A stretch of DNA of 56,479 nt from a virus (lineage: Duplodnaviria; Caudoviricetes). The notes under the pieces are model-generated. The model worked only from the letters and a program-made list of their open reading frames with translations, was not told the origin of the DNA and did not search any database. The stretch lies in the IMG/VR virus record IMGVR_UViG_3300010160_000055, positions 1 to 56,479 of that record. One strand, written 5' to 3'. Positions within the stretch are counted from its first letter, which is position 1; each line of letters begins with the position of its first letter. Positions 28,837 through 38,210 of this stretch are shown here, one piece after another. The position numbers and the translations under genes are program-made.

Positions 28837-29757
28837 TTATGATAGTTTGTAGCGGAGTAATTTTCCGAAGTCCATTTCCTCTGCCTGTTGTACATAGCGA
28901 GTAAAGCTTGCAAATCCCATCTCGCTTGGATCCTTGTCTTGCATATCTACTAGATATACTTTCTTTCCCATATTCAGAAATTGTTCTGTATATGAGAGTG
29001 CTTTTTTAAATGCATCCCTGTCTAGGGCTACGTATATGTCTTGAACCTGACTTGATACTATCTTTTTTATCAAAGATTTTGATAAAGACTTACCAAGTAT
29101 TGGTACTGCGTTTCTTTTTACTGCTATTGCATCAAATACCCCTTCCACTAGGATTATGGGCTGGGACCAATTGATTAAGTTCTCAAACCCTATTATGTCT
29201 TTAGAACACTCTGGATTTCTGTATTTGTGGTAAGCATCTTCAAATGTTCTTCCTACAAAGAAGTTTAGTTGGTTATTCTCGTTATATGATGGAATAATTA
29301 CTCTACCGGCATATTCTCCTGATGTACAGTATCCGATGTTGTATTTTAAGAAGTCTCTGTCGGTAAAACCTCTTTTATAGAGGTATTTCCTTACTTTATT
29401 TGCTATAATAGATGTGGTGGATGCTGTATAAAGTGCTTGAAACTCTTTAGGAAGTTCTACAGAAGTTGTAGGAGTATAACCTATTTCGTCACCTTTTCTT
29501 ACATATTTAAGTATTTCATATGCTTGTTCGGCAGGTACTTGTAACTGTTTAAGTAAAGACTTAATTGTACGCCCTTTAAAGCCACATACCCAGCATTCGA
29601 AAGGATTCTCTCCTTTTTCATTGGTATGCATGTTTACTTCTAGCTTTGGCTTATGGTGATTGCATTTAGGACAGGTAAAAGCATAGTTCTCTCTTGCTCT
29701 CTTGTGAGATTTACCTAAGACATTCTCTATAAACCCTAATAATATATTACTACTCAT
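28837..29757 (-). CDS. DNA primase-like protein (Zn finger + TOPRIM)
   Basis: CPKC..H / CWVC zinc site, FFVGR, VEGVFDA, LDRDA and KDPSE motifs. Confidence 0.85.
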   Translation of the reverse strand: MSSNILLGFIENVLGKSHKRARENYAFTCPKCNHHKPKLEVNMHTNEKGENPFECWVCGFKGRTIKSLLKQLQVPAEQAYEILKYVRKGDEIGYTPTTSVELPKEFQALYTASTTSIIANKVRKYLYKRGFTDRDFLKYNIGYCTSGEYAGRVIIPSYNENNQLNFFVGRTFEDAYHKYRNPECSKDIIGFENLINWSQPIILVEGVFDAIAVKRNAVPILGKSLSKSLIKKIVSSQVQDIYVALDRDAFKKALSYTEQFLNMGKKVYLVDMQDKDPSEMGFASFTRYVQQAEEMDFGKLLRYKLS

Positions 29758-29781
29758 ATTTGTACATAACTGCTTGACATC

Positions 29782-29812
29782 TTAAGATATGAAAAAAGAC
29801 TTGAATAAACAA
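29782..29812 (-). promoter_or_regulatory. Bacteroidota-like promoter TTG-N20-TATCTTAA upstream of primase
   Basis: Same spacing as the other copies. Confidence 0.6.
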
Positions 29813-29840
29813 GCCTTTCTTTACTTATTTTATACAGATT

Positions 29841-30455
29841 TTATACTGCTGCTATTTTATTTGCTAATTGTACAACTTCTGATGATTTAAAAGCAGATAA
29901 TCCACCTTCTAGTCCTTTTCCTATTAAGTTATGAGCTTCCATTGCTTCTGCACCACTTGATACTGCTGCTGCAACAAGCATTGCTGCGTATACTCCATGT
30001 GCTACTTTATACAATTCAGAGGTTTCATCATGTGGGTCTTGCTGTCCATATCTCTTTGGAAAAGCTTTTTTTACCATTCCTCCGATTACCTCTATGTACT
30101 TATGTTCTAAGCTATGTCCAAATTTCTTAAGAGCATTTCCAACTACTGTTCCACTTTTTTTATCTTTTTGGAATAAAGAAGACATTCCGTTTACTCCTTT
30201 TCCTAATAAAGAAATGATACCTGGTGCTCCTACTATTAATCCAAGAGTCATTGACTCGTCTAATTCCCCGTCTTTTGGAGATGGTTTAATTGTACTTGTA
30301 CCTTGTTGAAGTAAAGCTAAAGCTCCATTTAATCCTTGTTTTGCATCTTGATCTGCTTCAGGATCTGCTTGTGGTGCTACTTCTGCTTCTAATATTTTAG
30401 AGTTAGGTGTTAACTTATTTTCTACTAAGAATTTTTTTAAATCGAAATTATCCAT
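29841..30455 (-). CDS. Leader-bearing protein with hydrophobic helices
   Basis: MDNFDLKKFLVENK..ILE leader; hydrophobic stretches LGLIVGAPGIISLLG and GVYAAMLVAAAV. Confidence 0.6.
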   Translation of the reverse strand: MDNFDLKKFLVENKLTPNSKILEAEVAPQADPEADQDAKQGLNGALALLQQGTSTIKPSPKDGELDESMTLGLIVGAPGIISLLGKGVNGMSSLFQKDKKSGTVVGNALKKFGHSLEHKYIEVIGGMVKKAFPKRYGQQDPHDETSELYKVAHGVYAAMLVAAAVSSGAEAMEAHNLIGKGLEGGLSAFKSSEVVQLANKIAAV

Positions 30456-30573
30456 TCTGTAATTTTTTTAATATCAATTCATTCTGCTTTATTAGCTTAG
30501 CAGTTTTTGCTATTGATTTTTTTCTTTTGCTGAAATCTGTTCTTTGTGGAGAACTATGCTTACCTCTTGCCAT
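30448..30573 (-). CDS. Small basic protein, 41 aa (not in ORF track)
   Basis: MARGKHSSPQRTDFSKRKKSIAKTAKLIKQNELILKKLQNG; overlaps both neighbours. Confidence 0.55.
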   Translation of the reverse strand: MARGKHSSPQRTDFSKRKKSIAKTAKLIKQNELILKKLQNG

Positions 30574-31013
30574 TATACGTCTATTATCTTTACGTTTCCT
30601 TGTTTATCTTGCATTACATTGTCTAGCTTTATTTTCCCACCTGGTCCTTCTAGGTCAGGATAAATGTCTAGTTGATCTGCTTCTTCCATTATTTCATCAA
30701 TTGGAATTTCATCTGGATCTGCTGTATATGGTTCCAAATTTTCCATTGTAATAATTCCTAGTTTTGGATTTCTAACATCTACATCGTAAATATGCACAAA
30801 GTACTTAGTTTGAACTCCTTGTATGTTTTGAGCATCTTCTAATTATTCTGAATCAGTTGTTACTTTTAGTACTTTATTTCCTACTAAGTAAGCTGCACCA
30901 TAATCACCTGATCCTAAGAATTCCCCTCCTTGATCGATAATATCGTTAACAAGTTCTTGATATTCTTGAGTTGGTGAAATTACTTCTTTTAGTATGTTAT
31001 AAAGACTAATCAT
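30573..31013 (-). CDS. Minimal protein-kinase-like protein, 146 codons with an in-frame TAA at 30843-30845
   Basis: MISLYNILKE leader; FLGSGDYGAAY Gly loop, VLKVT, DNVM and VKIID; the frame is otherwise open. Confidence 0.7.
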
Positions 31014-31017
31014 TACT

Positions 31018-31434
31018 CTAGCTTACATCCATTTCTGCTGAACTAGCTTGAATACCTTTTGCTTTTAGAGCATCTACAATGTCAAGTATTTCTTTGTCAT
31101 CAAAATATGCTCTTGTTGGAAGATCTAATCCTGTATGGTTTTTTATAAATTCTTTTGCTGCATCAAATCCAGGTAATTTTATACCGTCTGCTCTTACTCC
31201 ATAGAATCTGCCACCAGGATAAATGTAGCTAATTTCAACGTTCTTTACATCTGTAGCTTCTTCTTGCATAGCTTTTTTCTCAGAATCATCTTCTTTAGGG
31301 ACACTCTTAGCAATTGTTGTTAAGATATTCCTAAAGTCATCTGTAGTACCTCCTTTAGTTTCTCCTCCTGGGGTATACTTTGAATATCCTTTCATCTCTT
31401 CCAAGATGATTTTTTTTAATTCTGATTTTTTCAT
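31018..31434 (-). CDS. Hypothetical protein with an MKKSELKKIILEE leader
   Basis: Two modules separated by MQEE. Confidence 0.6.
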   Translation of the reverse strand: MKKSELKKIILEEMKGYSKYTPGGETKGGTTDDFRNILTTIAKSVPKEDDSEKKAMQEEATDVKNVEISYIYPGGRFYGVRADGIKLPGFDAAKEFIKNHTGLDLPTRAYFDDKEILDIVDALKAKGIQASSAEMDVS

Positions 31435-31526
31435 TATCTAGTTTGTTTAAATTCTCTTAGGATTAGTACTACACTAAGTACGGTTACTATTGCTATCCAA
31501 AAATAAGGTATACCTCCTTCTTCCAC
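31434..31526 (-). CDS. Small single-TM peptide, 30 aa, GTG start (not in ORF track)
   Basis: (M)EEGGIPYFWIAIVTVLSVVLILREFKQTR exactly fills the gap, with a TAATG overlap. Confidence 0.5.
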   Translation of the reverse strand: MEEGGIPYFWIAIVTVLSVVLILREFKQTR

Positions 31527-31805
31527 TTAGAATTCTTGTATTAATATGTTTAACTCCCCTGTTCCTTTGATTAACCTATGATAGGTACTCTTTGGTATAA
31601 ATATTGTGTTTTTTAGTTGTTGAGGTATTTCGTCCTCTAGTTGAAACATCCAATCTGTTTCTCCTATTATTGTTACTTCTCGATCTTTCAGATCTCTATG
31701 CCACACTAATTCTGATTCGTCAATATCCTGTTTGAACTTTCTTTGGATAATGTCGAATGTTCTTAACTCCTGGTACGGTCTATCCTTTGAAGTACTTTCC
31801 TTCAT
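31527..31805 (-). CDS. Small cupin-fold protein
   Basis: WHRD..DR and IFIPK..YHRLIKG cupin motifs. Confidence 0.65.
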   Translation of the reverse strand: MKESTSKDRPYQELRTFDIIQRKFKQDIDESELVWHRDLKDREVTIIGETDWMFQLEDEIPQQLKNTIFIPKSTYHRLIKGTGELNILIQEF

Positions 31806-32325
31806 AATACAACACTTCGAAATTATTCTCTACGTTTACCAATTGTGCTGCATTTAATAGATCAGAATATTCAGCTACTGCTGCGTTCTGTATGGTTCTT
31901 AATTCTTGTAAGAAGTCAAAAGTGTTTAAATCAATCGGAAGTATCATACTAGAATCTACATTGTATTTTGTCAATAAATTATACTCTAAAGAATAAGCTT
32001 TATTTACTACATCAATAAGAGTCATAAAGGAAGGAATCATTTTAACTGGAGGGATAACTGGAACGATGTTCCATCCTACTAGGTATGTTTGAATCTTCTC
32101 TGCATGTGTTAATTCGGATGCTGCTTCGGCTGCAAAGAATGCTGCTGCTTTCATATATGCTTTGTCACTACACCAGTTTGATGCATTTCTGTAGAAATAA
32201 TGAGCTGTATACTCATCTCCCAGTCTCTCCACTAATAGCTCTGCTACCTCTGGTGAAAGAGTTCTAGGGCTTAAGATGTCAGTCTGTAGTGCAGATTGTA
32301 TCTCGTTTAGGTTTCTTTTTTTCAT
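31780..32325 (-). CDS. Ferritin-like protein
   Basis: DEYTAHYFY...EAASELTHA...LE...IQ...E ferroxidase-type pattern in a four-helix bundle. Confidence 0.8.
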   Translation of the reverse strand: MKKRNLNEIQSALQTDILSPRTLSPEVAELLVERLGDEYTAHYFYRNASNWCSDKAYMKAAAFFAAEAASELTHAEKIQTYLVGWNIVPVIPPVKMIPSFMTLIDVVNKAYSLEYNLLTKYNVDSSMILPIDLNTFDFLQELRTIQNAAVAEYSDLLNAAQLVNVENNFEVLYYEGKYFKG

Positions 32326-32349
32326 TTGTTCTTATCTTTTATATAAATA

Positions 32350-32904
32350 TTACCAATATCCTGAGAAGTTCTTAGCTCCTCCTAACGACTTCCAATACCT
32401 TCCAATATGACATCCCCAATAGTTTGGTGATAGTCTATTTTTCTCTGTAGCACATTTATGTCTTGCTGCAAAAGAGTGTCTTGCTTTTGGATCATCTATC
32501 TTAACCGATAGTCCTGTTGTACCTCCAAAGTTAACTTTTTTTATCTTTTTACTTTTTGGATCTCTAACATATACATAAAACTTTTTAGGTCCTCCTCTTT
32601 TAGGTTTTCCTAAAGTAACATTCTGACCGTGGTAGTCTGCTTCGTCTACCATTGGTAGATCTAAAGGTACTTTTTGTCCTTCGTATAGATCATACTCCCC
32701 TATATTTGTCTCCTCTAAAAGGATTCTATCCTCTTCACATAATTCTAAAGAACCGTCTCTGTTAAGTGTTCTTGCTTCATTGAACAATTGTATAAAAGCA
32801 TCAGAAGAATATCGGTAGACATTCTCAAAAATAGGGATACCATGCTTTAAATGGTAATTTAAGCCTGGTGTTGTATCAACTAGTAGGTTAAGTAGTTTTA
32901 TCAT
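32350..32904 (-). CDS. Phage protein with a basic C-terminal KKVNFG...FAARHKC...YW domain
   Basis: MIKLLNLL leader; two modules separated by VDE. Confidence 0.6.
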   Translation of the reverse strand: MIKLLNLLVDTTPGLNYHLKHGIPIFENVYRYSSDAFIQLFNEARTLNRDGSLELCEEDRILLEETNIGEYDLYEGQKVPLDLPMVDEADYHGQNVTLGKPKRGGPKKFYVYVRDPKSKKIKKVNFGGTTGLSVKIDDPKARHSFAARHKCATEKNRLSPNYWGCHIGRYWKSLGGAKNFSGYW

Positions 32905-33337
32905 AAAAATCTTTTCTAAAATATCTTCCTTCTATATTATCGTTTATGTAATTTGAATCTGGTTCTATTACTCCTTTAATAAATAGGAATTTATTTTCAT
33001 AGTACGTATGCAACTTCTTATTTGGAGTAAAGATAAGAATTTCTCTTGAGAATTCCGACTGTTTACCTTCTTTTATTAAACCTTTTATTTCTGAATGGGA
33101 TCCATAATAGGTCTTCCAATCAGATTCTTTTCTAACTATTTTAGATTTACTAGCTCTTTTATCTGTTATTAAAGCTAGTTCTTTCTTTCCTAAAGCTTTT
33201 TTTGTAACAGAAATAAGTTGCTTCTTTCCTAAGTACTTTCTACCTGTTGGCAGGTGTGTTACTTCATAGATAAACCCGAAGTTGTCTCCGGGCATATCTG
33301 ATAGTTCTTTTATTTCTTTATTTTGATATAACCACAT
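32888..33337 (-). CDS. GIY-YIG-family endonuclease (T4 endonuclease II-like)
   Basis: GFIY...KYLGKK, YYGS, REIL, E and YINDNI motifs. Confidence 0.7.
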   Translation of the reverse strand: MWLYQNKEIKELSDMPGDNFGFIYEVTHLPTGRKYLGKKQLISVTKKALGKKELALITDKRASKSKIVRKESDWKTYYGSHSEIKGLIKEGKQSEFSREILIFTPNKKLHTYYENKFLFIKGVIEPDSNYINDNIEGRYFRKDFYDKTT

Positions 33338-33348
33338 TTTTTATTTTT

Positions 33349-33669
33349 TTATAGCCAAGGAAGTCCTCTTTCTTCTGTTATAAGTTCTTTAGCTTCTTTT
33401 CGAGCTTCAAGAATTTTTTTAATTTTATTTTCAAAATCAGTAACTTCTGCAGTTCCTAATGAAGTTTTAACCCACCCCACTATTACGTCTTCTGTTAACT
33501 CTTTAAAAGGTACAAATCCAGGTGTTGTTGGATCTCCGGTTAGAGATATAGTGCCTAGTTTTCGGTCTATTTCTCCTTCAGCTTCTATTGTACATCCGTA
33601 TAATACTTCTGTAATTAGTCCGTCTGATGATCTTCTTTTTGTATCAAAAATCTGCCAAGTTATTTCCAT
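33349..33669 (-). CDS. Tail-fibre-associated small protein (chaperone-like)
   Basis: FVPFKELTEDVIVGWV...GLPW, directly after the fibre gene. Confidence 0.6.
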   Translation of the reverse strand: MEITWQIFDTKRRSSDGLITEVLYGCTIEAEGEIDRKLGTISLTGDPTTPGFVPFKELTEDVIVGWVKTSLGTAEVTDFENKIKKILEARKEAKELITEERGLPWL

Positions 33670-33681
33670 ATTTCTTTACTA

Positions 33682-36361
33682 TTATGTTATTGTTATTTTT
33701 CCCCAACCATTTCCAGCTGCTGTAACACCTCCGGTATATACATATAGGTTTAAGTTTGCTCCTGAGCTTCCTGATAATATAATACTACCTGTTGCTGCTG
33801 TTCCTGCTACCGGTGTTGTTGTAGTTGGTGTTAGTACTAGTAAATTATTTATAGTAGTTGATCCTGATACAAATAACGAACCTGTTACTGTAGTTGTTCC
33901 TATAATAGTTTTAGACCCTGTTATAAAGACTGAACCAGATATAGTTTTAGTTCCTATTAAAGTATTTGATCCTGTTACTAATAGTGACCCTGTTACTACT
34001 AGTCCACTAGTCATATTAACTAATCCCGAACCAGATATAGACATACGCTCTACTGGTGGATTTCCTGCACCTCCTGGGGATGTGTAAAATTTTAAGTTTC
34101 CTCCTCCACTATCTGACCCTCCTGGTGCACGGTCTGCAGTAGCTCTTATTTGAGCCATACTAAATGCTGTAGAGGCATCATCTTTTCCTGAGAATTGTAT
34201 AGTACCTAGAAATTCCCCAGCAGCAATTGTTGCACTAGTGTTTCTTAAGTCTAAAGTACCCCCACCAAAAACACTACTACTAAAAGCTATTATAGCTTGA
34301 GGATTAACTCCATAAGTTGGTGCACCTAATACACTAGTTGGACCTACTCTTAATGTACCTGATACACTAAATGAACCAGTTATTTGCATTTCGGATCCTG
34401 ATGCAAATATTAAATTTGATCTAGCATTATCTGCTGTACCATTTCCTACTATAAACGCAGATTGTGCATGAAGAAATATTATACTGCCCCTGTACATGTT
34501 GATTAGAACCTGATGCTACTGTGCTTAATCCTTCTGCATGTGAGTAGTCCCCTAATGCTTTTGTAGAATTTCCTTCGGCATGTGAAGCGTATCCAGAAGC
34601 TGTGGTATAGTATCCTTCAGCATGTGAACCTGTATTTGCACCAAGTGTATACATTCCTTCTGCGTGTGCATATTCAGTGGTAGCTCGTGTATATAGCCCT
34701 TCAGTATGTGAACCCCAAGCAGATGCTGTTGTATAATAACCTTCTGCGTGTGAATTTTGTCCTACTGATATTGTACCGTATCCTTCGGCATGTGAGTAAG
34801 AGCCTGATGCTATTGTAAGAGCACCTTCGGCGTGTGATGAGTTTCCTTTTGCTGCTGTACCGTTTCCTTCTGCATGTGAGTAAGAGCCTGATGCTATTGT
34901 AGATGCTCCTTCTGCATGTGATCCTAATCCAGAGGCTTCTGTACCGTTTCCTTCAGCGTGTGAGTATTGATTAGTTGCTTTTGTATAATAACCCTCAGCA
35001 TGTGAATTTTGGCCGTATGCTCTTGTCATAAACCCTTCTGCGTGTGTGTTTTGGCCGTATGTTGTAGAGATAAAGTACCCTACATTGCTTGATGGGTATG
35101 AGGTGATTTCAAACTGTGTCTGCCCTCCACCATAGCTTATAGAGGTTAAGGTGTATGTTCCATTAGTAATAAGATCTTCGTCTACTATAGTAATAGGACT
35201 ACCTGCTGTAAAATATGGTGTTAAATCTCCTGTTACTGATATAAATCCGTTATAGTCTGTATTATCATCTATAAAAGAAGTTCTATACCCTGCTACTGTT
35301 TGTTGACCTTCAGCATGTGTATAGCTTCCTCCTGCATAGGTATATGTTCCTTCAGCGTGTGTATAGCTTCCTAGTGCTACTGTATTTCCTCCTTGTGTGT
35401 GAGAGTATTGACCTATTGCTGTTGTTCCTGCTCCTTGAGCGTGTGAACCTGTGCCTGAAGCTGTATTTCCATTTCCTTCTGCATGTGCTGCAAATCCAGA
35501 TGCTACTGTATTAAATCCTTCAGCATGTGAATTATCTCCTGTTGCTTTTGTAACAGATCCTTCAGCGTGAGAAGAATTTCCTGATGCTGTTGTATATCGT
35601 CCTTCAGCATGTGAGTAACTTCCTGAGGCTATATTGATTTGTCCTTCTGCATGTGAGTAATCTCCTATTGCTCTTGCAAGATATCCTTCAGCGTGTGAAC
35701 CTACTCCTGATGCTATTGTAGATTGACCTTCGGCGTGTGCGTAACTATTAGATGCTGTTGTGATAAATCCTTCAGTATGTGCTCCGAATCCGGATGCAAG
35801 TGTAGTGTTTCCTTCAGCGTGTGCGTAGGTGTTTGATGCTCGTGTAGAGTATCCTTCGGTGTGTGTGTAATTTCCTGAAGCTGTAGTATAGTGTCCTTCA
35901 GCATGTGCTGATGTTGCTGTTGCAGTTGTGTAACTTCCTTCTGTATGTGATGTAGCACCTGTTGCTTTTGTATTCGAGCCTTCAGCGTGTGCGTAATAGA
36001 ATGATGCTGTTGTATTTGATCCTTCAGCGTGTGTTCCGTCGTATTATGCTAAAGTGTTATATCCTTCAGCATGTGAATACTGTCCTGATGCTGTTGTAAG
36101 AGATCCTTCAGCGTGCGAGTAAGTACCTGTTGCGGTTGTAGAGTTACCTTCGGCGTGTGAGTATACTCCTGTAGCAGTTGTGTTAGTACCTAATCCTAAG
36201 TTATATGGTGTAGCTGTTGCTGCTTGTACACTACTTCCTGTTGTATGGAAAACTAAGCTACTTCCTGATTGAGAGGAAGAATAGTATAGTGACGAAAAGT
36301 TTGTATCTACTTGATTGTAGGTTAGTGTTGATCCTGTTACAAGCCTTAGTGTTATTGCCAT
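33682..36361 (-). CDS. Long adhesin/tail fibre (~890 aa) with YadA-head-like 14-aa repeats; in-frame TAA at 36044-36046 and frameshift at ~34468
   Basis: ORFs 36044..36361 and 34427..35029 share one frame that is open apart from the TAA; GQYNISS joins AQSAFIVGNG across the frameshift. Confidence 0.8.
34490..36180 (-). repeat. About 35 coding repeats of 42 nt (xxxSHAEGxxTxA), interrupted by a ~75-aa insert at 35060-35290
   Basis: Recurring plus-strand CCTTC(A/T/G)GC(A/G)TGTG at a 42-nt period. Confidence 0.9.
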
Positions 36362-36371
36362 GGTTTATTTT

Positions 36372-37211
36372 TTAAATATCTATTTTAACTATAATTGTCA
36401 TTTCTGTGTTTGCTGGTTTTGGAACTGGCTGTCCCATTTTACCTACTGCAATCAGTTCGTTTGCATCATTATACAACCCTACTGTTGTTACATATGGTTG
36501 AAAAGAGCTTCCTGTTACGTTACTTTTTAGTACTCCATCGCTTACACTCCCTGTTGTTGAGTATATGTTTCCATTGTTATCGTAGATCGTTCTTAAAGAT
36601 CCACTTAATGCAGATGGATTAAATGTAAAGTTATATTCTGACTCTCTTACCTTACAGTGGTAATTATACGTATAAATAGGTTGACTTGATTTAAAAGAAA
36701 TATTATTAATAGCAACACTTGCATAATCTCCCCTTGTTATTACTGCTAGTCCATGCGGGTAGATTACATCTCCTACATAAAGTCTAGGAGTAGAGCCAGA
36801 TCTATACAAACCACCTTCTCCGTCATCTAAAATAATACCTGTTGTTTTTACAAAATCTATAGATCCTTTAAAGTTTAATGATACTTTTCCTGGCTGTAGT
36901 GCATCTCCATATAATGCTCTTGGGATTGATACAATAGTTGCAACGTTTCCTCCGTAGAAATCTCTAGACTCTGGGTTAAATAGTGTTGTTTGCGGGTAGT
37001 AGTCAAAAGAATGTGAAACTACATTACCACTACTAAGGGACTTACTGGGGTAATATAGTTGATGAAGACTGTTTATATAACTATTGCTATTAGCAGTTAT
37101 TTGCTCTATACCGTAAGTAGTGTAGTTTACTCTTGGTATAGTCCATTGTTTATGAGCAACATATGTTGTTATGTAAGCATCTTGTTTGTTTAATTTTTTG
37201 TAAGCACCCAT
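36372..37211 (-). CDS. Baseplate/fibre-attachment structural protein
   Basis: C-terminal YVTTVGLYNDANELIAVGK..P..K, paralogous to 37215..38207. Confidence 0.6.
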   Translation of the reverse strand: MGAYKKLNKQDAYITTYVAHKQWTIPRVNYTTYGIEQITANSNSYINSLHQLYYPSKSLSSGNVVSHSFDYYPQTTLFNPESRDFYGGNVATIVSIPRALYGDALQPGKVSLNFKGSIDFVKTTGIILDDGEGGLYRSGSTPRLYVGDVIYPHGLAVITRGDYASVAINNISFKSSQPIYTYNYHCKVRESEYNFTFNPSALSGSLRTIYDNNGNIYSTTGSVSDGVLKSNVTGSSFQPYVTTVGLYNDANELIAVGKMGQPVPKPANTEMTIIVKIDI

Positions 37212-37214
37212 TCA

Positions 37215-38207
37215 TTAAAAATCAAGTTTAATACGTATTAATGCTTCTTTTGTAAAATCTTTAACTAATGGTTTTGATAATTTTGCTACTCCTAACAAGT
37301 CATTATTATCGTTATATAACCCTACTGTTGTCATGTACGATTGAGGAGTGTTAACCATTACACTATGTCTTAAATCTCCTGAACCTGTAATATTTGATGG
37401 ATTAGTAGAGTAGTTAAACTCTGTATTTCTAACCCTAACAAAAACGTAGTTTGAAGTAATTGTTTCTTCAGATCTTATACTAAAATTTGACCCAGATATA
37501 ATTGCATCTGAGAATGCTTTTTTGTTACCACCTTCTGCGTTGTAACTTTCTGATACAAGAAGGTTGATTCCGTAAGTATTGTCCTTAAGAGTGTTTGTAT
37601 TAAATATAAAAACACCTACATCTGGTAAGAATTTACCGTAAGATCCTGAAATAGCTACAAAGGTACTGTTACCTGTATATACTCCGTTTGCAATTGTACC
37701 GCTCACTATATCGTAAACTCTTCCTGCATCTAAGTATGAAAGAGTGCTAACAGTTGTACTATTGTCTATTAGTTTAAGAGTTTTACTTCCACTAATTAAT
37801 GTTAATTCAAAACTTCCTGGAAGTAATTTTTCTTTAAATCTAGCTCTATTAACTGTTATAATGTGAATTGAGTTTGGTGTCGGTCCTCCGAAGTTAAAAT
37901 TTGTATTTTCATCTCCGTTAATTAAAGTTCTATACTGCCCGTATATAACTGATGAAGGAGATTTTCCTACTTCAGTTGTAGTAAGTAGTGCAGAACCACT
38001 TCCGTTTACATTTCCGTATGCTGTAGAAAATTGTACATCTGTTGAAGCTGGTGTATATACGTTATAATAATACTTCCCTGAGGCTAGGTTTGCTTGTGTT
38101 CCGAGAGCCATTGAGGTTAAGGTAGTTGTCTGGTTTGACCAAGCTGGTGCTACTATTGAGTCTGCGCTTAACGCTATGTCCTCTGTGTCGAATCTTTTAA
38201 ATGACAT
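37215..38207 (-). CDS. Baseplate/fibre-attachment structural protein
   Basis: C-terminal YMTTVGLYNDNNDLLGVAK..P..K. Confidence 0.6.
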   Translation of the reverse strand: MSFKRFDTEDIALSADSIVAPAWSNQTTTLTSMALGTQANLASGKYYYNVYTPASTDVQFSTAYGNVNGSGSALLTTTEVGKSPSSVIYGQYRTLINGDENTNFNFGGPTPNSIHIITVNRARFKEKLLPGSFELTLISGSKTLKLIDNSTTVSTLSYLDAGRVYDIVSGTIANGVYTGNSTFVAISGSYGKFLPDVGVFIFNTNTLKDNTYGINLLVSESYNAEGGNKKAFSDAIISGSNFSIRSEETITSNYVFVRVRNTEFNYSTNPSNITGSGDLRHSVMVNTPQSYMTTVGLYNDNNDLLGVAKLSKPLVKDFTKEALIRIKLDF

Positions 38208-38210
38208 ATC

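Noticed and set aside
34490-36180. CRISPR array or DGR template/variable repeat
   Set aside because: The 42-nt period is a protein repeat with synonymous variation. There are no constant repeats with spacers, no adenine-specific pair and no reverse transcriptase in the window.
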